Notes: generated by a model from the sequence alone, not told the origin. A stretch of DNA of 64,000 nt from Chloroflexota bacterium (GCA_005887685.1 VBHJ01000015.1:2540-66539); one strand, 5' to 3'; shown: positions 39,124 to 49,361, numbered from the stretch's first letter. Made by a program: numbers and translations.

Positions 39124-39549
39124 ATCGAGGCCGTCAACAAGGCGACGCCAGAGCTGCAGGCGGCACTGACGCGGCTGCTGCCGCAGCTCAACCCGACCCT
39201 GCCCGTGCCCGACATGGACAGGCTGCGGCGCCTGGTCGCCGACCCCGCCGTCACGTTGTTGCTCGCCAGGGAGGGGCCCGCAATCGTCGGCACCACGACC
39301 GTCATCGTCTACACCACGCCCTTCTGGATCAAGGCAAGGCTCGATGAGGTCGTCGTCGACACGGCCGCCAGGGGCAAGGGAGTGGGGGAAGCGCTGGTCA
39401 AGGCGGCGCTCGACATCGGGCGCGAGCGCGGCGCGCAGGTCGCGGAGCTCCAGTCGGGGCGCGGCGAGGCGCGCGAGGCCGCGCATCGCCTGTACGAGCG
39501 GCTCGGTTTCCGGATTCGCCACACCGACGTCATGAGGATCGTCCTCTAG
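39124..39549 (+). CDS. GNAT-family N-acetyltransferase; the start codon is unresolved (ATC 39124 proposed; first canonical start is GTG 39205)
   Basis: Acetyl-CoA motif VVDTAARGKGVGEALVKAAL and C-terminal YERLGF. The beta1/alpha1 region IEAVNKATPELQAALTRLLPQL lies upstream of GTG 39205. Confidence 0.75.
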   Translation: MEAVNKATPELQAALTRLLPQLNPTLPVPDMDRLRRLVADPAVTLLLAREGPAIVGTTTVIVYTTPFWIKARLDEVVVDTAARGKGVGEALVKAALDIGRERGAQVAELQSGRGEAREAAHRLYERLGFRIRHTDVMRIVL

Positions 39550-39592
39550 GCGTCGTTCCACAGCTTTTCGCTGAGGCGGTGACGGCCTGAGC

Positions 39593-41416
39593 TCAGGAGC
39601 GAGCTTGGGTCAGTGCTTCCAGCCGGTCGACCATCGACGCGAGGGTGGCGAACGCCGCCTCGACCGGCTCGGGTGACGTCATATCCACACCCGCCATGCG
39701 CAGCCCCTCCAGCGGGTACATCGAGCTGGCGCTCTTCAAGAACGCGAGGTACGAATCGACCGCCTTCCGATCGCCGGCCGCAACACGCTGCACCAGGTGG
39801 TCGGCCGCCGCGATCCCGGTCGCGTACTGATAGACGTAGAAGTTGCTGTAGAGGTGGGTGTGGAACTGCGCCCAAGTCGAACCGATCCGATCACGGTCTC
39901 GCTCGCTGATCTCCACCTCCGAGCCATAGACCTCGATCAGCAGGTCCGCCATGAGCTTGTTGAGGTACCCGGCGGTGATCGCGCCTCCGCGCTCGACTTG
40001 CTCGTGGATCTCCAGCTCGAGCCTTGCGAGCGACGGCATGATGAAGAAGTAGCGGTAGAAGTTGGACATCGCCTCTTCGATCACCGCGATCTGGAAAGCC
40101 GGGTCGGTCTTGGTGGCGAGCAGGTGGCGACGTGTCAGCGCCTGGTGCATGTTCGATGCGACCTCGGCCTGGAAGAGTCCGTAGTTCGCATACACGTAAG
40201 GCTGCGAATGCCACGCGTGGTACGAGTGCATCGAATGCCCCAGCTCATGCGCGAGCGTGCTCATCGAGAAGATGTCGTCGTTGTAGCTCATGAAGATGAA
40301 GGGCTTGGTGTCCATCGCCCCGCTCGAGAAGGCTCCCATCCTCTTGCCTTTGTTCGGATAGATGTCGACCCAGCGGTCCTCCAATGCGCCTTTGCGCATG
40401 ATCGCGACGTATTCCTCGCCGAGCGGCGCAACCCCTTGCGAGATCCACTCCACCGCCTCGGCGTACGGCACCTGAAGGGCGCTTGCGCCCAGCTGCGCGC
40501 GCAGGTCGTACGGCTTCAGCACCTCCAGGCCCAGCATCCGCCGGCGGATGCGCCAGTAGCGATGCCACGTGCCGACGTTGTCGCGAAAGGTCTTGATGAC
40601 GTTGTGGAAGACCTCGACCGGGATGAACCCCGGCTCGAGCGCGGCCTCGAGGGACGACGCGTGCCCACGCGCCCGCGCGAAGAAGACGTCGCGCTTCACA
40701 GCTCCGGCCAGGCTGGCCGCCATCGCGTGCTGCATCCTCAGGTGCTCATCGGCGTAGCTCTCGAAGGCTGTGCGCCGGACCTCGCGGTCTGCGTTCGTGA
40801 GCAGGGCGGCGATCGTGCCTTGCGCGACCTCGTGCAGCTGACCGTCCGCTCCAACCGCCGGGGCGAACTTGAGGTCGGTGTTGGCCAGCACGCTGTGCAC
40901 CGAAAGTGCGGTCGCCAAGGGATCGGTGACCTGCGTGAGCAGCTCCTCGACCTCGGCGCTCCGGATGCGCTTCTGCAGCTTCTCGAGACGGTCGAGGTAG
41001 TGGCCGAGATGGGAAAGGCGGGGCGACGACTTCACCCAGTCGCGGAGCTTTGGGAGGCCGATTGAGAGCATCTCCGGGACGGCGAATGCAGCGGCTGCGC
41101 CAAGCTGCGCCGCGACGCTCCGGGAGCGATCGACCCTGGCCGCCGCGGCCTGGTCGCCGACGTCGACCGAGTAGGCCATCGTGCTGTAGACGATCACCTT
41201 GGCCATCAGCCGGCGAGCCCGCTCGCTGACCTCGAACCAATCAGCCAGGGAGTCGGGTGAGTCGCCGAGGTGTCCCTTGAACTCCTCGAGGTCGGGGATC
41301 CGGGACAGGATCGCCTGGACGGCCTCCTCCCAACCCGCCTCTTCGGGAAAGACGCTTTCACTGTTCCAGGTGAAGCGCTTGTCCACCTCGGTTCGAGCGG
41401 GGAGCGGTCTCGCCAC
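39593..41416 (-). CDS. pepF: Oligoendopeptidase F, M3B family
   Basis: HELGHSMHS zinc motif and a 607-aa length typical of PepF. Confidence 0.9.
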   Translation of the reverse strand: MARPLPARTEVDKRFTWNSESVFPEEAGWEEAVQAILSRIPDLEEFKGHLGDSPDSLADWFEVSERARRLMAKVIVYSTMAYSVDVGDQAAAARVDRSRSVAAQLGAAAAFAVPEMLSIGLPKLRDWVKSSPRLSHLGHYLDRLEKLQKRIRSAEVEELLTQVTDPLATALSVHSVLANTDLKFAPAVGADGQLHEVAQGTIAALLTNADREVRRTAFESYADEHLRMQHAMAASLAGAVKRDVFFARARGHASSLEAALEPGFIPVEVFHNVIKTFRDNVGTWHRYWRIRRRMLGLEVLKPYDLRAQLGASALQVPYAEAVEWISQGVAPLGEEYVAIMRKGALEDRWVDIYPNKGKRMGAFSSGAMDTKPFIFMSYNDDIFSMSTLAHELGHSMHSYHAWHSQPYVYANYGLFQAEVASNMHQALTRRHLLATKTDPAFQIAVIEEAMSNFYRYFFIMPSLARLELEIHEQVERGGAITAGYLNKLMADLLIEVYGSEVEISERDRDRIGSTWAQFHTHLYSNFYVYQYATGIAAADHLVQRVAAGDRKAVDSYLAFLKSASSMYPLEGLRMAGVDMTSPEPVEAAFATLASMVDRLEALTQARS

Positions 41417-41430
41417 GAAGGATTAGTAGC

Positions 41431-42276
41431 ATGGGTCCGATGCCACGCGCCGAGTCGAACGGGATCGAGCTCGAGTACGAGACCTTTGGCGAGCGTGGCG
41501 CCGCATCGCTGCTGCTCATCGGAGGCCTCGGCACGCAGATGATCAGCTGGGACGAGGCGTTCTGCGAGCTCCTGGCAAGTCGAGGCTTCTGGGTCATCCG
41601 CTTCGACAACCGCGACGCGGGACTGTCGACATGGATGGACGGAGGCGGCGCGTATGGCCTGGACGACATGGCGGCCGACGCAGCAGGCCTCCTCGACGCG
41701 CTGGGCGTCCCTGCCGCCCACGTGGTGGGGGCGTCGATGGGCGGCTTCATCGCGCAGCTTGTGGCGCTGAACCACCCCGAGCACGTGCTGACACTGACGT
41801 CGATAATGTCCGGACCCAACGGCAAGGACCAGGTCCAGCCCACGCCCGAAGCGACCGCGGTGCTCCTGGCCCCAGCCCCCGGCACGCGCGAGGAACGGAT
41901 CGAGCTCGGCGTGTGGGCAAAGCAGAAGCTGCTCGGGCCGGCCGATCCCTACGACGACGCATATGAGCGCTCTCGCGTGGTTCGGGCGGTCGACCGCGCG
42001 TATCACCCGGCCGGTTTCGTCCGCCAGCTCCAGGCGATTGCCGCCTCGCCGAGCCGCCTGGAGCGTCTGCGCTCGCTCGGCATTCCCACGCTGGTCATCC
42101 ATGGCGATGCCGACATCCTTGTCCCGGTCGAGAACGGCAGGCGCGTCGCAGCCGCAATCCCTGGCTCGCGACTGCTCGAGATCGAAGGCATGGGGCACGA
42201 CATTCCGAGGAGGGTCTGGCCGCAAGTCGTGGACGCGATCGCTCAGCTGGCTCGCGAGGCGAGCCCGGCTTGTTGA
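41431..42276 (+). CDS. Alpha/beta-fold hydrolase
   Basis: Nucleophile elbow VVGASMGG; C-terminal IHGDADILVP and GMGHD. Confidence 0.85.
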   Translation: MGPMPRAESNGIELEYETFGERGAASLLLIGGLGTQMISWDEAFCELLASRGFWVIRFDNRDAGLSTWMDGGGAYGLDDMAADAAGLLDALGVPAAHVVGASMGGFIAQLVALNHPEHVLTLTSIMSGPNGKDQVQPTPEATAVLLAPAPGTREERIELGVWAKQKLLGPADPYDDAYERSRVVRAVDRAYHPAGFVRQLQAIAASPSRLERLRSLGIPTLVIHGDADILVPVENGRRVAAAIPGSRLLEIEGMGHDIPRRVWPQVVDAIAQLAREASPAC

Positions 42277-43010
42277 GCGGTCTCAATCCGGCAATCGCGT
42301 TCCTCGCCGGGCTTGCTTCATTCGTATCCCCCTGCGTCCTGCCCCTGGTACCGGCTTATCTCGCGTACCTCGGAGCGCGAAGTGGTGAGAGAGTTGCGGT
42401 GACTTCGACCGGAGTCACGTCGACCTCGTCACCTTCTGTTGCCGTGGCGGGCGCCGGATTCGTCGCCGGCCTCTCGCTCGTCTTCATCCTCTTCTTCTAT
42501 GTGTTCTCCCTCGCGGTGCAACCGATCCGCGCCTACGTGCCGGTGGTGGCGGGAGTGTTCGTGCTCGTGATGGCGGCGCACGTTGCCGGCCTGATCCGCA
42601 TCCCGTTCCTGTCCGGCGAGTACAGGCTGATGAAGACCGCCCCCCAGGGCGGGGGGGCCGTCGGCGGCTTCCTGCTCGGCATGGGCTTCGCGAGCGGGTG
42701 GACTCCATGCATCGGCGTAACGCTGAGCGCGGTGCTGAGCTCGGCCGTGTTGGCCGGGACGACGCCGCAAGGCTTGAGCCTGATGATCGCCTACTGCCTC
42801 GGACTGGGCCTGCCGTTCATGGTCCTGGCGTTCGCCCTGGAAGGCGCGCGGCCTCTGATCCGGTTCGTCAACGAACATCGACGTGCCATCGACCTCGCAT
42901 CCGCGGGGGTGCTCGTGGCCATGGGATTGCTGCTGCTCACCAACCACCTGACCTGGCTCTCGGCCGGGCTCGTGCAGCTGATTCCTTCGTGGCCCTCGCC
43001 CTCACTCTGA
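42270..43010 (+). CDS. ccdA: Cytochrome c biogenesis / thiol-disulfide transfer protein CcdA (DsbD family)
   Basis: FVSPCVLPLVPAYL and GWTPCIG conserved Cys motifs. TTG start overlapping the upstream gene end. Confidence 0.85.
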   Translation: MLSGLNPAIAFLAGLASFVSPCVLPLVPAYLAYLGARSGERVAVTSTGVTSTSSPSVAVAGAGFVAGLSLVFILFFYVFSLAVQPIRAYVPVVAGVFVLVMAAHVAGLIRIPFLSGEYRLMKTAPQGGGAVGGFLLGMGFASGWTPCIGVTLSAVLSSAVLAGTTPQGLSLMIAYCLGLGLPFMVLAFALEGARPLIRFVNEHRRAIDLASAGVLVAMGLLLLTNHLTWLSAGLVQLIPSWPSPSL

Positions 43011-43013
43011 GAA

Positions 43014-43850
43014 TCACCGGCCGAGCGTCTTAAGCCACTCTTCTTCCGCACCGCGCAGCCGTGCGGCCAGCTTGTTGACCGACTTCTGGACCTGCGCGGC
43101 GCGTTCGTAGTCTGCCTCGGCGACCGCGTTCGCCAGGTCATGCCGGGCGACGTCGAGCTGGCGGCGGAGCTTGAGCACGCTTTCGGGCGGGCTCAGCATC
43201 TGTTTGGCGAGCTTTTCGATGTCGAGGCCCCGCGCGCGAAGAAGCGCTGCGATGTGCGGAGTGGCGAGGAGGCGATGGAGCGTCTCGACATCCGAGCCGG
43301 GAGGTGGAACCTGGCGAAAGCCGGCCACCGTGCGCATCTCCTGCAAACGCATGCGGGCAGGGAGCGGAAACTGGGGTTTCAGCTGAGGCCGTTTTCCACG
43401 TCCGCTCGGCTCGACCTTCCAGCTTCGCTCCAGTGCCGCGATCACTTTCGGCGCGGTCGCGCCCAGGTCTTCCAGCACGTGAGCCGCGATGCCTTCGCCC
43501 TCCATCACGAGCGCCATGAGGATGTGCCCGCTGTCGACGCGCTCGTGTCCCATCCGGCGCGCCTCGTCGAAGGCGATCTCGATGACCATCTTGACCCGCG
43601 AGGTCGGAATGATCTGCTGGATGATGATCCGCTCGCTGCGTCCCAACACCGAGGCGATGGTGCCGCGAACCGTCTCGATGTCGATCCCCAGCTCGCGGAG
43701 CACCTCGGGCGCGAGACCCTTGGGGAGCCGCAGCAACCCGAGCAGCAGGTGCTCGGTTCCTATGTACGAATGGTGAGAGCGCTCGGCTTCCTCCTGGGCG
43801 AATGTCAGCGACTGCTGAGCGTCCTGCGCGAACCTCTCGAACGGATACAC
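43014..43850 (-). CDS. Clp N-terminal (Clp_R) repeat protein with C-terminal UVR-like motif
   Basis: FERFAQDAQQSLTFAQEEAERSHHSYIGTEHLLLGLL, a second repeat (HILMALV), and the C-terminal AVAEADYERAAQVQKSVNKL. Confidence 0.75.
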   Translation of the reverse strand: MYPFERFAQDAQQSLTFAQEEAERSHHSYIGTEHLLLGLLRLPKGLAPEVLRELGIDIETVRGTIASVLGRSERIIIQQIIPTSRVKMVIEIAFDEARRMGHERVDSGHILMALVMEGEGIAAHVLEDLGATAPKVIAALERSWKVEPSGRGKRPQLKPQFPLPARMRLQEMRTVAGFRQVPPPGSDVETLHRLLATPHIAALLRARGLDIEKLAKQMLSPPESVLKLRRQLDVARHDLANAVAEADYERAAQVQKSVNKLAARLRGAEEEWLKTLGR

Positions 43851-43891
43851 GGCTGCATTGCCAGTGTGCGATACGCAGCGGTTAAGAACAC

Positions 43892-46800
43892 TTGTTTGTA
43901 GCGCCGGAAACGGTCAAACTTGATCGAGTGGGGCAGGTTCTCGAGCTCTTTTCGCCACCGGTCCGCGACTGGTTCCGCGCCACCTTCGCCGATCCGACCC
44001 CGGTCCAGGAGCGGGGCTGGGAGGAGGTGGCCGCCGGACGCCATGTGCTGATGGCCGCACCAACTGGGAGCGGCAAGACGCTCGCCGCGTTCCTCTGGTG
44101 CCTCGACCGCCTTTCCTCCGAGCCCATGCCGGCCGAGGCCGAGCGATGCCGCGTCCTTTATGTGTCACCGCTGAAGGCGCTCGCCCATGACGTCGACCGG
44201 AACCTACGCTCGCCACTCGTGGGCATTCGGCACCAGATGGAGAACCTTGGGATCAAGCCCCCGGAAATCTCCGTCGCCATCCGGACCGGCGACACGCCGG
44301 CCGACGTGCGCCGTTCGATGGAACGTCACCCGCCGGACATTCTCATCACGACGCCCGAGTCTCTGTTTCTCCTCCTGACCAGCGCAGCTCGCAAGATCCT
44401 GGCCTCCGTCCGCTGGCTCATCGTCGACGAGATCCACTCGGTCGCCTCGACCAAGCGCGGCAGCCACCTGGCCTTGAGCCTCGAGCGGCTGTGCGAGCTG
44501 ACGCGAGCCGAGCCACAGCGCATCGGCCTATCCGCGACCCAGAAGCCCCTCGAGGAGGTGGGCCGCTTCCTTGGCGGCGCCGGGCGCGACGTGTCGATCG
44601 TCGACGCCGGGCGGCTGAAGACGATGGAGGTGAGGGTCGAGGTCCCGGTGGAGGACATGACCCGTCTCACCACCGAGGACGAAGACAGCGCCAGGGGCCA
44701 GAACAGCATCTGGCCGGCGATCTATCCGCGGCTGCTCGAGCTGATCCGAGCGCACCGGTCGACCATCGTCTTCGTCAACTCGAGGCGGCTGGCGGAGCGC
44801 ATCGCCGCGCGCGTCAACGAGCTGGCCGAGGAGGACCTGGTGCGTGCGCACCACGGCTCGATCTCGCGCGAGCAGCGCCTGCTCATCGAAGACGAGCTGA
44901 AGGCGGGCCGCCTGCGCGGACTCGTCGCGACGTCGACCCTCGAGCTCGGCATCGACATGGGAGCGGTCGACCTTGTGCTGCAGATCGAGGCGCCGCCCAG
45001 CGTTGCCGCGGGGATTCAGCGGGTGGGCCGGGCAGGCCACTCGGTCGGCGAGGTGTCGCGCGGCGTGATCATCCCCAAGTTTCGCGGTGACCTGCTCGAG
45101 TCCGCCGCGGTCGTCGAGGGCATGCTCGAAGGGCGCATCGAGTCGACCGTCGTTCCCCGCAAGCCGCTGGACGTGCTGGCTCAACAGATCGTCGCGATGT
45201 GCGCGCTCGACGAGTGGGAGATTGAAAAGCTCGGCCGCGTGGTTCGGCGCGCGTATCCCTACAGCGACCTCGGTCCGCGTGCCTTCGAGTCGGTGCTCGA
45301 CATGCTCAGCGGGCGTTATCCGTCGGACCAGTTCGTCGAGCTGCGGCCACGCATCGTTTGGGACCGCGTCGCAGGCAAGGTACGGGGCCGCGCGGGCGCA
45401 CAGCGGCTGGCGGTTACCAACCCCGGCACGATCCCTGATCGCGGCCTGTTCACGGTGAACCTGGCGGATGACGGCCGGCGTGTCGGTGAGCTGGACGAGG
45501 AGATGGTTTACGAGACGCGGGTGGGCGAGACTTTCGTTCTCGGCGCCTCCACCTGGCGAATCGTCGACATCACACCTTCCCAGGTCATCGTCACTCCCGC
45601 CCCGGGTGAACCCGGGAAGATCGCGTTCTGGAAGGCCGACGCTCCGAGTCGCCCGGTCGAGCTCGGTGCCGCGCTGGGCAAGATGGTGCGCGAGCTGCGT
45701 GCGCTCGATCCCACTGCCGCGGCCAAACGGTTGCGCGAGCGCGCGGGCTTTGACGACCTGGCGATCAAGAATCTCCTCGCGTACCTCGAGGACCAGGCGG
45801 CCGCCACAGGCGCCGTGCCCGATGACCGCACCGTTGTCGTCGAACGCTTTCGCGATGAGGTTGGCGATTGGCGAGTCTGCCTGCACACGCCGTTTGGCGG
45901 CCGCGTGCATGCGCCGCTTGCCCTCGCTCTCGAGGCGCGTCTGCGGGAAAAGCTTGGCGTCGATGCCCGTGCGCTCTGGACCGATGACGGCATCGCGATG
46001 CATCTGCCCGAAGTCGAAGCGCCACCTTCGCTGGATGAGCTGATCCTCGACCCGGAGGAGGTTCAATCGCTGGTGTCGGCCCAGCTGCCCGCATCGGCGC
46101 TGTTCGCTGCGCGATTCAGGGATAACGCCGCGCGGTCGCTGCTGTTGCCCAAGCGAAGGCCGGGCCAGCGCACGCCCCTCTGGCAGCAGCGCATGCGCAG
46201 CGCGAGCTTGCTCCAGGTCGCAGGCCAGTATCCGGATTTTCCGATCCTTGCCGAGACGTGGCGCGAGGTGATGAGCGATCACTTCGACATGCCCGCCCTG
46301 TCGGCTTTTCTGCGCGCGATCCGCTCGCGCGAGATCCGGGTCGTCGCCGTCGACACCGAGCGCGCATCGCCATTCGCGTCCTCGCTCCTCTTCTCTTACG
46401 TGGCCGAGTACATGTACGAGGGGGATCAGCCCCTCGCTGAGCGACGCGCGCAAGCGCTCACCCTGGATCGAGAGCTGCTTGCGGAGCTGCTGGGCAGCGA
46501 AGACCTGCGTGAGCTGCTCGACCCGGACGCGATCACGGCGGTCGAGCTGGAGCTGCAGGGATTGCTCCCCGAAAGATTCCCGCGTGACGAGGACGAAGCG
46601 CACGACCTGCTGGTCCGGCTCGGCGACCTTAGCGATCAGGAGGCGGCCGCGCGCGGGGTCACGGATATCTGGCTGCGCGGCCTGGAGCGAGAGCGCCGCG
46701 CGCTGAGCGTCCGGCTCGCCGGCGAATCGCGGTGGATCGCTGCCGAGGACGCCGGTCGGTACCGCGAGGCGGTTGGCGCCAGCCTGCCGATCGGGCTTCC

Positions 46801-48259
46801 GGACGTGTTCCTGGACGCGGGCCCCGACCCACTGGAATCTCTACTGCGGCGTTACGCGCGTACCCACGTCCCCTTCGTCACCGCAGACCCGGCCAAGCGT
46901 TGGGCACTGCCCCCGCCGGCCGTGGAGGCTGCGCTCGCGCACCTTGCGGCGAAAGGTGATGTGCTGGCCGGGGAGTTTCGGAAGGCGGCGGAGGGACGGG
47001 AGTACTGCCATCCGGATGTCCTCCGCATGTTGCGGCGCAGGTCGCTTGCGGCGCTGCGCCGCGAGGTCGAATCGGTACCGCCTGACGCACTCGCGCGGTT
47101 CTTACCCGCCTGGCACGGCATCGGCGTGCGCGCGGGAGGCGTTGACCGGCTCATGGAGGTCGTTTTTCAGCTCCAGGGACTCGCACTCCCGGCGAGCGTC
47201 ATCGAGCGTGATGTGATCTCCGCCAGGGTCGGCAACTACGCTCCTCGATTGCTCGACGAGCTGGTCTCGATGGGCGAAGTCGTGTGGACGGGCCGCGGCT
47301 CGCTCGGCACCAGCGACGGCCGGGTGGCGCTGTACCTGCGCGGCGACGCTCCGCGGCTCATCGCATCGCCGGTCGAGCCGCCCCAGAGCGACCTTCACGA
47401 GAAGATCCGCGATCACCTCAAGGCCCGTGGCGCGACCTTCTTCCGCGATGTCTACAACGCATGCGGCGGTGGAGACGAGGACGTGATGCTCGATGCGCTG
47501 TGGGACCTTGTCTGGTCAGGTGAGGTCACCAACGACACGTTTGCGCCGCTGCGTCTTCTCGGCCCCGTGGCGCGCAGGCCGGCGCACAAGCCCCGCCTGC
47601 CGCGACTCATTCAACCCAGAGCGACCGGCCGCTGGTCTCTGGTGGCCGACCTGATCGGCTCCGGAGCCAGCGCAACCGAGCGGCTGCATTCTGAAGCCGG
47701 AGTGCTGCTGCAGCGGCACGGCGTATTGACGCGTGAGGCGGTCGTGGGTGAGGGCTGGCCCGGCGGATTCGCGAGCCTCTATCCGGTGCTGCGGGCGATG
47801 GAGGAGTCAGGACGAATCCGGCGCGGTTACTTCATCGAGGGCCTTGGCGGCTCACAGTTCGCACTCCCCGGTGCGGTCGACCGCCTTCGCTCGCTCCGTG
47901 AGTCGGGCGGAGGCATCATCGCGCTGGCCGCGACGGACCCGGCAAACCCCTACGGCGCTGTGCTCGACTGGCCCCGCTCCGACGGCAAGATGAGCCGGGC
48001 CGCGGGCGCCTGTTGCGTGCTCGACGATGGACGGCTCGTGCTGTACCTGGAGCGGGGTGGCCGTTCACTGCTCACCAGCGGCGAGGTCCACCTTGCCCAC
48101 CTGCAGGCCCTGATCGCCATGGCAACCGGCGCGGGGCGTGTCGAGCTGCAGAAAGTGGACGGGGTGGCGGTGATGGAATCTCCGCTCAAAGCGTCCCTTC
48201 GCGAGGCCGGTTTCTCAGCGACGCACCGCAGCCTGGTCGCGTACGGCTCGAGATCCTGA
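43892..48259 (+). CDS. lhr: Lhr-family large ATP-dependent DEAH helicase
   Basis: APTGSGKT, VDEIH, VNSRRLAE, HHGSISREQR, ATSTLELGIDMG and QRVGRAGH, plus a long Lhr C-terminal region. The start is either TTG 43892 or GTG 43928 (VGQVLELFSPPVRDWF). Confidence 0.9.
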   Translation: MFVAPETVKLDRVGQVLELFSPPVRDWFRATFADPTPVQERGWEEVAAGRHVLMAAPTGSGKTLAAFLWCLDRLSSEPMPAEAERCRVLYVSPLKALAHDVDRNLRSPLVGIRHQMENLGIKPPEISVAIRTGDTPADVRRSMERHPPDILITTPESLFLLLTSAARKILASVRWLIVDEIHSVASTKRGSHLALSLERLCELTRAEPQRIGLSATQKPLEEVGRFLGGAGRDVSIVDAGRLKTMEVRVEVPVEDMTRLTTEDEDSARGQNSIWPAIYPRLLELIRAHRSTIVFVNSRRLAERIAARVNELAEEDLVRAHHGSISREQRLLIEDELKAGRLRGLVATSTLELGIDMGAVDLVLQIEAPPSVAAGIQRVGRAGHSVGEVSRGVIIPKFRGDLLESAAVVEGMLEGRIESTVVPRKPLDVLAQQIVAMCALDEWEIEKLGRVVRRAYPYSDLGPRAFESVLDMLSGRYPSDQFVELRPRIVWDRVAGKVRGRAGAQRLAVTNPGTIPDRGLFTVNLADDGRRVGELDEEMVYETRVGETFVLGASTWRIVDITPSQVIVTPAPGEPGKIAFWKADAPSRPVELGAALGKMVRELRALDPTAAAKRLRERAGFDDLAIKNLLAYLEDQAAATGAVPDDRTVVVERFRDEVGDWRVCLHTPFGGRVHAPLALALEARLREKLGVDARALWTDDGIAMHLPEVEAPPSLDELILDPEEVQSLVSAQLPASALFAARFRDNAARSLLLPKRRPGQRTPLWQQRMRSASLLQVAGQYPDFPILAETWREVMSDHFDMPALSAFLRAIRSREIRVVAVDTERASPFASSLLFSYVAEYMYEGDQPLAERRAQALTLDRELLAELLGSEDLRELLDPDAITAVELELQGLLPERFPRDEDEAHDLLVRLGDLSDQEAAARGVTDIWLRGLERERRALSVRLAGESRWIAAEDAGRYREAVGASLPIGLPDVFLDAGPDPLESLLRRYARTHVPFVTADPAKRWALPPPAVEAALAHLAAKGDVLAGEFRKAAEGREYCHPDVLRMLRRRSLAALRREVESVPPDALARFLPAWHGIGVRAGGVDRLMEVVFQLQGLALPASVIERDVISARVGNYAPRLLDELVSMGEVVWTGRGSLGTSDGRVALYLRGDAPRLIASPVEPPQSDLHEKIRDHLKARGATFFRDVYNACGGGDEDVMLDALWDLVWSGEVTNDTFAPLRLLGPVARRPAHKPRLPRLIQPRATGRWSLVADLIGSGASATERLHSEAGVLLQRHGVLTREAVVGEGWPGGFASLYPVLRAMEESGRIRRGYFIEGLGGSQFALPGAVDRLRSLRESGGGIIALAATDPANPYGAVLDWPRSDGKMSRAAGACCVLDDGRLVLYLERGGRSLLTSGEVHLAHLQALIAMATGAGRVELQKVDGVAVMESPLKASLREAGFSATHRSLVAYGSRS

Positions 48260-48318
48260 ATCGGCGGATAATCGGAAGGTTCCCCCCGTCAGCTGGTATC
48301 CATTGGAGGAGACAGACC

Positions 48319-48720
48319 ATGCTGAAGATCAAGAGCTCGGGTACGGCGCTCCCGGCACAGGACATCAAGCGCGCGCGCCAGTTCTACGAGCAAAAGCTAG
48401 GACTGAAGCCAGGCCAGGAACAGCCTGGCGGTGGTGTGATGTACGCCACGGGAGAGACTGGATTCCTGGTGTTCCCGAGCAGCGGCAAGGCATCCGGCGA
48501 CCACACCCAGATGGCGCTCGAGGTCGAGGACGTGGCCATCGCGGCCCGCGAGCTGAAGAACGCAGGCGTGAGGCTTGAGGAGTACGACCTTCCGAACTTC
48601 AAATCGCACGACGGAGTCGTGGACATGCCGGACGGCGAGAAAGGGGCCTGGTTCAAGGACACCGAGGGAAACCTGATCGCCCTTGCATCGAGGGTTCCAG
48701 CCGTCACACGTAGCAGCTGA
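48319..48720 (+). CDS. VOC/glyoxalase-bleomycin resistance family protein
   Basis: MLKIKSSGTALPAQDIKRARQFYEQKLGLKP...AWFKDTEGNLIAL. GGAGGA lies 8 nt upstream of ATG 48319. The longer 48013 ORF was rejected. Confidence 0.75.
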   Translation: MLKIKSSGTALPAQDIKRARQFYEQKLGLKPGQEQPGGGVMYATGETGFLVFPSSGKASGDHTQMALEVEDVAIAARELKNAGVRLEEYDLPNFKSHDGVVDMPDGEKGAWFKDTEGNLIALASRVPAVTRSS

Positions 48721-48778
48721 ACCCGACCACCCGCGACCACAGGCCCCTGGTTAGCGCTGGGTACGATTACTGCTCCGT

Positions 48779-48855
48779 CGGGGAGTAGCGCAGCCCGGTA
48801 GCGCACTTGACTGGGGGTCAAGTGGTCGCGGGTTCAAATCCCGCCTCCCCGACCA
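48779..48855 (+). tRNA. tRNA-Pro (anticodon GGG), CCA encoded
   Basis: Folded by hand: acceptor CGGGGAG/CTCCCCG, D-stem GCGC/GCGC, anticodon stem CTTGA/TCAAG with loop CTGGGGG (GGG, G37), T-arm GCGGG-TTCAAAT-CCCGC, discriminator A, CCA. Confidence 0.95.
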
Positions 48856-49013
48856 GCACTTGCACCCGCATCCGCGGAAAGTGGGCCGGTTGGGGTTCGT
48901 GCAAATGATCAGTTAGCCCATGTCGAAAAGCCGGCCTGTCATTCGATGAGTGGCTGAGGTCTCAAAACCTCGAGCCCGACAGGAAGCGGAAGTCTTGATA
49001 AGAGGAGATAGAC

Positions 49014-49361
49014 ATGCGCGTGCTGATAATGGCAAAAGAAGGCGAGAAGAGCGAGGCGGCAACTCCCCCCACGCCGGAGGCTATGGCGGAGTATCAGAAG
49101 TTCAACGAAGAGTTGGTCAAAGCGGGTGTGGTACTCGAGGCCGGCCGCCTCTACCCGAGCTCGCAGAGCAAGCGCGTTCAGTTCAACGGCAAGAAGCGGA
49201 CCGTCATCGATGGACCATTCACGGAGACCAAGGAGCTCGTCGCCGGATATTGGCTGTGGCAGGTGCGCTCGATCGACGAAGCCCTCGAGTGGCTCAAGCG
49301 GGCACCCTACGACGGCGGGACCTTCGAGGTTCGTGAGGTTATCGAGTTCGAGGGCATGTGA
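49014..49361 (+). CDS. YciI-family (YCII domain) protein
   Basis: IDGPFTETKELVAGYWLWQV, the DGPFxExKE signature. AGGAG RBS. Confidence 0.8.
   Translation: MRVLIMAKEGEKSEAATPPTPEAMAEYQKFNEELVKAGVVLEAGRLYPSSQSKRVQFNGKKRTVIDGPFTETKELVAGYWLWQVRSIDEALEWLKRAPYDGGTFEVREVIEFEGM

Noticed and set aside
44528-46603. A 691-aa minus-strand ORF inside lhr.
   Set aside because: It is antisense to a helicase gene carrying all the SF2 motifs, with a low-complexity Arg-rich translation.
48856-49013. A possible genomic-island integration site downstream of tRNA-Pro (slightly lower GC, imperfect TTGCAC...GTGCAA inverted ends).
   Set aside because: There is no integrase, excisionase or transposase nearby. I found no direct repeat of the tRNA 3' end by eye, and the flanking genes (VOC, YciI, sigma factor) look like ordinary chromosomal genes.
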